A stretch of DNA of 64,000 nucleotides from Octopus sinensis (taxonomy: Eukaryota), in the NCBI RefSeq assembly GCF_006345805.1, contig NC_042999.1:5208001-5272000 (forward strand), given 5' to 3'. Shown here one piece after another: positions 40,287-52,100 of this stretch. The position numbers were made by a program, and so were the translations under genes. Each line of letters starts with the position of its first letter. Position 1 is the first letter of the stretch. The notes under the pieces were generated by a model that was not told the DNA's origin, did no database searches, and worked only from the letters and a program-made list of their open reading frames with translations.

Positions 40287-43105
40287 CAGATAATCATCAT
40301 TTAATGCTTGTTTTCCATACTGGCATGGGTTGGCTGCATCAGGGTCCAGTCATCTGTTTAGGCCAATGGTTTCTATGGTTGGACGCCCTTCCAAATGCCA
40401 ACCACTTTATATTGTGTACTAGATCCTTTTTATGCGGGACCAGCACCAGTCCTTTTTACACAATACCAGCACTAACAGGGTTACTGAGTAGCTGGCAAGA
40501 CACTGTCTTTTATACACCTTTTAGGTGACATATTGGTTTCAAATTTTGGCACAAGGCCAGCAATTTCGAGGGAGTTGGTATATAGATTACATTGACCCCA
40601 GTGCTCAACTGGTACTTATTTCATTGACCCCAAAAGGATGGAAACTAAAGCTGACCTCGGCAGAATTTGCTGCCTTAATTTAGGAAATCATTAATAATTA
40701 CAGAGGGGGCTGCCACACAGCACTACCAGTTGCCTTATAGCAACTGGAAAAGCATAAAAGAGTCATTCTCTTCAATAAGTTTGTAGTGCCGCCTGCCTGG
40801 TGTCCGTGACTGAAGAGGAGATAACTACTCTGAAATGCTTGCATCTCACAGTCTGGGTAGGTGGCACTGTGAGCTGATCTAGGTGTATACTCTTTTACTT
40901 GTTTCAGTCATTTGACTGTGGCCATGCTGGAGCACTGCCTTTAGTCGAACAAACACACACACATATTATACAGATACATATATACGAATGTCTTCTTTTA
41001 GTTTCCGTCTACCAAATCCACTCACAAGGCTTTGGTCAGCCCGAGGGTATTGTATAAGACTCTTGCCCAAGGTGCCACGCAGTGGGACTGAACCCGGAAT
41101 CATGTGGTTGGTAAGCAAGCTACTTACCACACAGCCACTGCTACACCTAATTGTCAACAAATGAGATATATTTTCCATGATAAGACGCAGTAAATAGCTT
41201 GTTCACCGATTCGAACTTGCCTCAAGCATATTCAGACTGATTACAGTAATTACAATAATTAATAATAATAAATAGAAGCATTCTTACTTGGCTTCTTCTT
41301 CTTCAATTGCTTTTTTAACTTGATGTGGTGTGGCCAAACGATCTAATTTAAACAGAGGTTGGACTTTTACTTCATTATACAAGCAACGTGGTTCCTGGGG
41401 AAAAAAAACAAAACAAAGAGGATATAAATTTATCAAAATGTAATTAAAAAAAGAAAAATCACAAAATATTTTTCTTTGCTTATGCATAAAAAAATTCATA
41501 AAGATTCAAAAAAATGTTCTGACGCTGAGCTTTGTAAACAAGTTAATTATACCTGTATAAAGAAATGTTATGAAGCTGAGTTAATTATACCTGAATGAGT
41601 TGAATGTCACCACCAGTTGCATACACTTCTCCCTCATGGTCTCCATACAATAAAAAGCATTTAATGGTACCAAGAATTGTAGGAACAGTGCGACTGATTC
41701 TAACCTGAAAATTTAAAAATAGAAAACAAATTCCAGTGTTAGAAAACATTTCTCAGAAATATTTATTAAAAAGAAATAATTTACCCAAATTCTCATATTT
41801 TACACAGAATCCTTTTCAGGGAAAATGAATTTTTTTATTGGTGATTTTAATTAGTCAAATATTTATTTCTTTACTACCCACAAGGGGCTAAACACAAAGA
41901 GGACAAACAAGGACAGACAAAAGGATTAAGTCGATTACATTGAATCCCAGTGCGTAACTGGTACTTAATTTATCGACCGAAAGGATGAAAGGCAAAGTTG
42001 ACCTCGGCGGAATTTGAACTCAGAATGTAACGGCAGACGAAATACGGCTACGCATTTCGCCCGGCGTGCTAACGATTCTGCCAGCTTACCGCTTTAATTA
42101 GTCAAATATTGATTGGGAAACCTTTCACTGTCTGCAAAGTACAAAACATTTCCTTGACTTAGTGCTGGATTCAAACTGGTCCCAAGTACATCCACTCTTA
42201 CAGTTCTGCATCTCTAGTTGAGAAACTCCATCTTAATCAGAGTATCGATCCACCGGAAGCTGTCAAGAGACATACAACCAGAAGAATACTCACCATCAAT
42301 TCCTTGCCGTATCTTGAGCATCCTGCTTCCTTAGGCATCAACAAACTAAAGGTTCAATGTCTAGTAGGTGATTTGGCAAAAGTCCACAAGATTATCCACC
42401 ATCTTTCCAACAACCTTTTGGATTCCATATCTCCAGGGCCTGTTACGCAGGGAGATGGCAGAATTGTTACTGTGCCGGACAAAGTGCTTAGCAGCATTCC
42501 CTCTGACTTTACATTCTGAGTTCAAACACTGCCAGTGATGACTTTGCCTTTTATCTCTTTGGGGTTAAGCATCGGACAAAATAAGTACCAGTCAACTTCC
42601 TCCAAAATTGCTGGCTTTGTGCCCAAATTTGAATCCAATATCTCTAATACTTGTGGACAGGGTCATACAATCCAAAAAAAACTGCAGCATCTATGACTTA
42701 CTTTTTTTTAATTTCTTTTTCTACTTCAATTATAACAAACAGAATAAGCTGAGGTCTGCTTAGAACAAGGCAATATTGTTTACTCTGAATTTTATAGAAG
42801 CCACAAATTTCACAATGGATACTGAAAATTTTAAATTTTCAAATTAAATTTCATCGTTTGTATGTTTGCCTAGATAGCAGATCGACCAACTGAGAAGCCC
42901 AAATAACATGTTAAAAAGGAAAAAAAAAGAAAAAGGTGCAGGAGTGGCTGTGTGGTAAGTAGCTTGCTTACAAACCACATGGTTCCAGGTTCAGTCCCAC
43001 TGCGTGGCACCTAGGGCAAGTGTCTTCTATAATAGCCTTGGGCCGACCACAGCCTTGTGAGTGGATTTGGTAGACGGAAACTGAAAGAAGCCTGTCGTGT
43101 ATATG

Positions 43106-43183
<78 letters not shown>

Positions 43184-46100
43184 AGTGTTTGTCCTCCCAA
43201 CATCGTTTGACAACCGATGCTGGTGTGTTCATGTCCCTGTAACTTAGCGGTTCGGCAAAAGAGACCGATAGAATAAGTACTGGGCTTACAGAAAATAAGT
43301 CCTGGGGTCGATTTGCTTGACTAAAGGCGGTGCTCCAGCATGGCCACAGTCAAATGACTGAAAGAGTAAAAAAATCCAATGAAAACTTACCAAGTTGCCC
43401 TTTTTAAATATTTTTCCATCCCATTCAACTTGTTCATAAACAGACCAAGGAGTCTGTCTATGTTTGGGGAGATCAGGCCGGAGAGCATGACCTTTGAATT
43501 CTGAAAAGTGAATTTGTTTGTCAAATTTTTCATGACATTCTTTAAGCCAATTAACAAATTCCTTGTCAATACCAGTTCGCTTTTCCTGAAACAGGGAAAA
43601 AAAAATATATTTTAAAACAAATTTTTAATATTGCTAGAACATTTATAGATAAATAACAGTTTTCTATTTTGTAGTGTTCCAGGTGATTGTAATTAGATAA
43701 CCTAAAATTAACTGAGCTAAACGTTTTTTTCACATTGATGGCTTCTCTGAATAACTAAGCCATTTTATAGACATTCATAATACTGATTAATCTGATTAAG
43801 AAAAGGAATGCTGCTGCTGTTGTTGTTGTTGTTGTTAAGCAACAAGACAGGTAAGGGTGATTAGGAGATGGTCTAGGGCTTAGGGGCGGGGGACTCCAGA
43901 CCTTGGAAAAAAAAAAAAAAATTTGGTCATCTTGAAATCGAGGGCTCTTCGTTGACGCCTGATATCACTGGGAGGTGGCCCTTGAAGTTGCTGGAAATGG
44001 AGATCTCCAGGTCCAAATTATTGAACAGCAGCTGCTGCTGTTGGTAGGAGTAGGAACCACATATTTTGACAGGAAACTATCAGGGTCATTCTCATGAAAG
44101 TTAAACTGAAATAGATTTCCAAAATTTTTTAGAATGCCCCAGAAAAATTGCTATATACATGTAAGGGTATGTTGAACTTGTTCATTTTCAACCAGATATT
44201 ATTAATACTGGGGCTATTTCTTCAAGAGCTACACTATTTGGAAGATATAGAAAATATTTGTCTTGAAAATGTTAAGTCCAGGTAAATGAGAATTGTGACC
44301 ACAGACATTGTTGTCCAGCAAACTCATTAATTTGAACCTTCAATGTTCAAATGTAAATAAACACGTTGAGGCTTTTTACGTTGCTCTGGAGAAATTCAGA
44401 GGAATTAGCAGTTAAAATTTTCAGGTGGAAACGGTTATTCTGTGCAATGTCCTGTACATCACATATTTTGGATCCACTTTAAGAAATTCAACATACATTC
44501 CAGGTAAAAACAAAAAAGAAGTTTTTAGCTTAATATTTGTCTGAGTGGTCATACTTTACTATGGAAACTGAATTAATACAATTCTTGAAAATATTCAAAA
44601 TTTAAAGCTTAAATATTTCATAATTTGGCTCTAATTGTTATCATACATCACATGAAAATGGCCCATTCTCCCTAACGGCCACCTGCTTTATTTGTTTTTG
44701 TCTACCCTCCATGCTACTGATATCAATTCTCAATGACACTCTGCAAAGAGTGCAATGTGTTTGGTTTTAAATAGCTAAGGAATTGTTCATCATCATCGTT
44801 TAGCGTCCGCTTTCCATGCTAGCATGGGTTGGACGGTTCAACTGGGGTCTGGGAAGCCAGAAGGCTGCACCAGGCCCAGTCTGATCTGGCAATATTTCTA
44901 CGGCTGGATGCTCTTCCTAACGCCAACCACTCCATGAGTGTAGTGGGTGCTTTTTACGTGCCACCTGCACAGGTGCCAGACAAGTCTGGCAAATGGCCAC
45001 GATCGGATGGTGCTTTTTATGTGCCACCGGCACAGGGGGGGCCAGGCAAGGCTGGCAACGGCCACGAACGGATGGTGCTTTTTATGTGCCACTGGCATGA
45101 GGCCAGTCGGGGTGGTGCTGGCAACCTTTATAAAATTTTGTCACATTCAATTATTTCGCTAACCATGACACACATCACATAAACACATTGTATATAAAGC
45201 ATAAATACACACATAAACACATTGTATAGAGAACTGCCTCCCCTATCAGGTAACTGAGGCTACATATCTCACAATAATCTTTTTACTTGATTCAGATACT
45301 AGAGTTGAAAAGTTCTTGCAAATCTAAGTACGAAAATAGACTTACATGGCCATTAATAATTCGACAGAAAACTGTACTTTTTTCCTTGAGCTTCATCTCC
45401 AAATCAATGAAAGTCAGTTTATTAGTACTGACTTGGAATTTGTCGTTAGTCCACAACACACCAGAAACTCTGGAAATAAAGAAAGAAGTTAATAGAGTTC
45501 AGTTTTGAGGAAAGATTCTGTTTCAATATCAAACAAGTAGCTCTCTCTCTCTCTCTCTTATGAGTGGTGAGTAAGTAGAGGAAAAGTAGGGTTGAGAGGT
45601 CCCTTTACTCCTGACATGCTGAGGACTTGGCAATCTCTCTCTCTCTCTCTCTCTAGTATTAAAAAAAAATCTGATCTAGTAAACACTATAAAGTAGTTGG
45701 TAAGTGAGTGGAGAAAACAACACAGAATAAAATATTACCTGTTATAGCAATCTGCTGGGACAACTTTTGACTTTTTTGGAGCACTACACCAATCAAATCT
45801 GTTAAAACCAAAAAAAAAATTAATCACTAAAACTGACAAAATTCCCCTCAAATAAAAGAAGCAAAAGATTTTCCTTGTATTAATTATAAATCTACAAATT
45901 AAAAAAAACACTCACAGCTCAAAAATAACTGAATATAATCATTTTTAATTAATTGTAAATTGAATTGTTTATATTCTTCCTTTGTGTAGAGGTATGGCTG
46001 TGTGGCCAAAACATTTTACAACTGCATGGCTCTGCATCTGATCCCACAGTGCAAAGCATTGGGGCAAGGGTCTTCTACAACTGTGAGATGCTGAATGCTT

Positions 46101-49100
46101 TCTAAATGAAATTTGGTAGACTGAAGTCAGTAATCAATATTGGGGAAAGAATATTGTCAATAAACAGGTGAGTCAAATGAAAAGACCTTACATAGGACAC
46201 TCTTGCCATCAAAGAGTGTTGGAAACCAATGAGGTTATAGGTTTCTAATATTGTTTACAAAATGCAAGATATAAAATATAAAACAATAACACATAACATT
46301 AACATTTTAAGAATTAGTTGCCAGAAGTTGAATTTTCAGAACAAAACTACATCTCAACAAGAAGAAGATAATACATCATCATCATCCGCTTTCCATGCTA
46401 GCATGGGTTGGACGATTTGACTGAGGTCTGATGAACCAGATGGCTGCACCAGGCTTCAATCTTGATCTGGCAGAGTTTCTACAGCTGGATGCCCTTCCTA
46501 AATCCATAATATATTTAATTTCTCATAATATATTTAATTTCACAATATCAGCCACTGTCTTGGGGGGGGGGGATATGAGATATAAAATCAAATATGAAAC
46601 ATGGCTGATGCCAGCGCCGCCTTGACTGGCTTCCGTGCCAGTGGCACGTTAAAAGCACCAACCGATTGTGGCCGATGCCAGACTCCCCTGGCACCTGTGC
46701 CGGTGGCACGTAAAAGGCACCCACTATACTCGCGGAGTGGTTGGCATTAGGAAGGGCATCCAGCTGTAGAAACACTGCCAGATCAGACTGGAGCCTGGTG
46801 CAGCTCCTGGCTTCCCAGTCCCCGGAAAACGGACGTTAAACGATGATGATGATGATGATGACGGTAAATATATTTAATAAGGTCTGGGAGCTCCTCTATG
46901 CTGATGACCTTGCTCTAATTGCTGAGTCGCTATCAGAACTGGAGGAGAAGTTTCAGGTGTGGAAACAAGGATTAGAATCGAAGGGCCTCAGAGTCAATCT
47001 AGCTAAAACCAAAGTCGTAATCAGTAGGAAGGTAGACAAATCACAAACGCCTTCAGGTAGATGGCCCTGCTCGATCTGTAGAAAAGGTGTAGGTAGAAAC
47101 TCTATAAGATGCACCAAGTGTAAGCTATGGACACATAAGAGGTGCAGCAATGTCAAAGGAAGGCTAACTAGGAAGATGGTTTTTGTATGTGGCAGATGCT
47201 CAGGAACAATAAACACTGAAAATGCTCTGAGACCAACTTCCGTCACTTTCCAGGGAGAAAAACTAGAAATAGTTGATAGTTTCCGTTACCTAGGTGACCA
47301 AGTCAGCAGCGGGGGCGCGTGTGCTGAAAGTGTAACTGCTAGAGTAAGAATAGCTTGGGCAAAGTTCAGAGAGCTCTTACCTCTGCTGGTGACAAAAGGC
47401 CTCTCGCACAGAGTGAAAGGCAGACTGTATGATGCGTGTGTACGAACAGCCATGCTACATGGCAGTGAAACATGGGCCGTGACTGCTGAGGATATGCGTA
47501 AGCTCGCAAGAAATGAAGCCAGTATGCTCCGATGGATGTGTAATGTCAGTGTTCATAATCGACGGAGTGTAAGTACCTTGAGAGAAAAGCTGGACCTAAG
47601 AAGCATCAGTTGTGGTGTGCAAGAGAGACGATTGCGCTGGTATGGTCATGTGGCGAGAATGGATGAAGATAGTTGTGTGAAAAAGTGCCACTCCCTAGCG
47701 GTTGAGGGAACCTGTGGAAGAGGCAGACCCAGGAAAACCTGGGACGAGGTGGTGAAGCACGACCTTCGAACTTTAGGTCTCACTGAGGAAATGACTAGAG
47801 ACCGAGTCCTCTGGAAGTGTGCTGTGCGCGAGAAGACCCGGCAGGACAAGTGAGTCCATAACCCGTGGCCTTCTACTTGGGATGGAGCCAGCCTATGTAT
47901 GCATACCTTCCCTTCTTGGGACACAAAACTCTACTTGTGAAGACCTGTTGAGGCAAGTGAGGATCAGAATCGAAATCGATCAATGGAAATTGCAGATGTG
48001 TTACCAGTGCCGGTGGCATGTCGATACTCTACTTGTGAAGACCTGTTGAGGCAAGTGAGGATCAGAAATGGAAATCGATCAATGGAAATTGCAGATGTGT
48101 TACCAGTGCCGGTGGCATGTAAGAGAACCTTCCGTTTCGCGACCGTTGCCAGCACCGCCCCGTTTCGTGTCCGTTGCCAGCCTCGCCTGGCCCTTGTGCC
48201 GGTGGCACATAAAAAGCACCATCCGTTCGTGGCCGTTTGCCAGCTCTGTCTGGCACCTGTGTGGGTGGCACGTAAAAAGCACCCACTACACTCACGGAGT
48301 GGTTGGCGTTAGGAAGGGCATCCAGCCGTAGAAACACTGCCAGATTTGACTGGGCCTGATAAAGCCTTCTGGCTTCACAGACCCCAGTAGAACCGTCCAA
48401 CCCATGCTAGCATGGAAAACGGACGCTAAACGACGATGATGATGATGATGATGATGTTGATTAACCAACACATTTCTTGAATAGGAGTAGGTAACATGTT
48501 TTGGGTTTATGTGGTTGTAAGTGAAACTAATTTATAGGCTTTAAAATGTTAGGATAATTTGCACAAATACGATGAAGCATGAAAGGCTTGGTGGAAGACA
48601 TGTTTCTATGGTTCTTACTGAATTCCTATTTCCATGGAAAATAGTTAAATTGAAATGAAAGAACACTCACTCTTCAATAAGTGTATAAGGAATTAATCTA
48701 CCATTCCAGTAGCATTCAAATACAGGGCGTCTTCCACGTGCTGGCCGGTCATTGATAGCATAATCATGGTCATCTTCGGGTTCTGAATCTACAAGAGAGA
48801 GAGACATGAAGAAGAATAAATTATATGTGAAGAAAGATACAAATTAGTGATGATGATAGGGGCAATTGTGGCAAAGGGGCTAATGAGAGAGTCAAGTCAT
48901 TTAGAAGTGATTCGTAGCTAAATTTGTGAAGGTGTATGGCCTAGTGGTTAGACTGTTGCACTCATGAATTCTAGAGCATGAGTTCAATTCCCAGACTAGG
49001 CAACATGTGTTCTTGAGCAAAACACTTCATTTCACGTTGCTCCTGACCCCTTTTCAATCAGGGGAGAATGTCGGTCTGGTTGCCTAGCCAGCAAGGTGAT

Positions 49101-52100
49101 GTCATCATTCAAAGGCTAAAACGATGCAAAGCGCATTGTGACCAATGGTGTGTAACAAAACGATAGTCTGGTCAGTCATGTGATCACACCATCAGCTAAA
49201 TGAACCAGAAATGACCGAAAGAAATATTTGCTTAAGTGTGCAAAAGAATAAATCAATATATTTGCTAGAAATGGAACGTAAGAGGAAGAAAAGTTGACTG
49301 CTTACATCTGGGATCAATAAAGTCTGTGGGGAATGTTTCATGGTCATATAAAAATGGATGATATCTGAGGACTCCTTCAACCACTCCGGCACCCTCTACT
49401 TTCGCTTTGAAATCAAACACTGAAGCTCCTGTCTTGACAAACTGACTCTGAAGGTCATCATTAATATCGCGAAGGTTCAAGTTTTTCATCAGCACCAACC
49501 CCTTGAATAATTTGATCTGCAAATACAAGAAAATGGAACCTCCATTTATTGTTAATAGACATGCTGAAAGACAAAAAAGAATTCCAAAATAGTTTTGTAC
49601 ATAAACATCATCATCATTGTTTAACGTCCGTTTTCCATGCTGGCATGGGTTGGACGGTTCGACTGAAGTCTGGAGAGCCAGCGGCTGCACCAGGCTCCAA
49701 TCTGATCTGGCAAGATTTCTACAGCTGGATGCCCTTCCCAATGCCGACCACTCCGAGAGTGTAGTGGGTGCTTTTTACATGCTACAGGCACAGGAACCAG
49801 GCAGGTGGGCCTGGCATCGATTATATCTGGATAGTGTTTCTTACGTGCCGCTGGCATAGGAGTCAGTCAGGGCTTATTGGCATCAGCCATGTTTGGATGG
49901 TGCTTTTTACGTGCCACAGGCACGGGAGCCAGTCAGGGGGCACTGGCATTGGCCACGTTCAGATGGTACTTTTTACATCCCACTGGCACGGGAGCCAGTC
50001 AGGCAGACCTGGTATCGACCACATTCGGATAGTGCTTTTTACATGCCACTGGCATGGGAGCCAGTCAGGGAGCACTGGCCACAGCTACGATTTTGGTTTT
50101 ACTAGACTCAACAGGTCTTCTCAAGCATATCATATCGTCCGATGCATCAGGGGTACTTTTAAATGGGCTGGACATGCAACACTGGCATCGGCCATGGCTA
50201 CAATCTCACTTTAGATGTTGGGTCTTCTCAATCACAGCATATCCCCAAAGGTCTCGGTCTCCTGTCATCACCTCTGTGAGGCCCAACGTTCAAAGGTCAT
50301 GCTTCACCACCTCATCCCATCAAGTTTGAATCTAACAATTTTGTTATAAACCAAAAGATTTCCATAGATTTGCAAAGAAATAATAAGTTCAAACCAAAGC
50401 AGCTGTATAAGTTTTTCATTAAATTATACATTCAACTAAAACTAAGTACATTAATTTTCAACTTGATAGAAAAATCTTCATTGTTAATGATGTAAACTGG
50501 TGACATATTTATCCCCACTTCAAATGCAGAATTCTGCATTAATTACCATGAGAGAACCTCTCATATGGACTTGGGGTGCTTCTAGTTTTAAGCAGGGATA
50601 AATATTACTTTTGGGATTAACACTGCTTTTGTCACTATTAATTATATATTAATTAAATATAATTTACATTTTTTTTAAATGGTTACACAATATGGACAGT
50701 GAGCAATACAATGAAAACTATAGAAATTTCAGAACTTTTCTCTAATGAGAAGCTGTTACCATAGAGACAGACTGTAGGCTTTATCAACAACTGAGGTTGT
50801 CCATTAAAGAAAGGAAAGGATGTATTCTTTCAACTCGATGAGATATTAGAAGTTTGGGAGATTATAAGTGAATTGTCAGCTTACTTCAATGTTGATATGT
50901 CTGAATGGACTAGCTGGTCGCATTACTCTGTTGGGGTCATGGGCTGGAGGATCTTGGTTGCCGTTGGGGCCGTGTAGATAATAATGGTAAATGTGACTGA
51001 AAAGAGCAGACAACATATTCAAAGCATTTCACAAACCACATCTTCAATATACTTGAGTAATTTCTTTTTATTCTCTTTTTCTTTTCTCTTTTACTTGTTT
51101 CAGTCATTTGACTGCGGCCATGCTGGAGCACCGCCTTTAGTCGAGCAACTCGACCCCGGGACTTATTCTTTTTGTAAGCCCAGTACTTATTCTATCGGTC
51201 TCTTTTTGCCGAACCGCTAAGTGACAGGGACATAAACACACCAGCATCGGTTGTCAAGCAATGCTAGGGGGACAAACACAGACACACATATATACGATGG
51301 GCTTCTTTCAGTTTCCGTCTACCAAATCCACTCACAAGGCTTTGGTCGGCCTGAGGCTATAGTAGAAGACACTTGCCCAAGGTGCCACGCAGTGGGACTG
51401 AACCCGGAACCATGTGGTCTTCTGCTATAGCCCCGGGCTGACCAATGCCTTGTGAGTGGATTTGGTAGACGGAAACTAAAAGAAGCCTGTCGTATATATG
51501 TATATATATATATGTGTGTGTGTGTGTGTATATGTGTTTGTGTGTCAGTGTTTGTCCCCCTAGCATTGCTTGACAACCAATGCTGGTGTGTTTACGTCCC
51601 CGTCACTTAGTGGTTCGGCAAAAAAGACCGATAGTATAAGTACTGGGCTTACAAGAATAAGTCCTGGGGTCGATTTGCTCGACTAAAAAAGGCGGTGCTC
51701 CAGCATGGCCACAGTCAAATGACTGAAACAAGTAAAATAGTAAAGAGTAACATTTATTAACACACATTTACAAAATACTTGGCTTAACCCTTTCGATACC
51801 AACCTGGCTGAAACCACCTCTGGCTCTATAGTATAAATGTCTTATTTTCATAAGTTCTGAATTAAAATCTTCCACCAAACCATAGTCATAATTTATGTTC
51901 CCAACACTAGCTTAATGATAACTAAGTTATTTTACTAAATTCTTTGTAATATTTAAAATTAATTGAAAGAAACAAAGAGAATCTCAACAGAAATACGGTA
52001 ATGAAAAGGTTAAATTTCTGTAGAAAGTTCAAATTTGTTAAACAAAAATAATGAAATCATACAGTAAGTTCATTATTATTTTCATAACAAATTATCTTTT

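Noticed and set aside
49770-50090. Regularly spaced short repeats resembling a CRISPR array
   Set aside because: The spacers are similar to each other, the array lies within a retroelement 3'UTR in eukaryotic DNA, and there are no cas genes.
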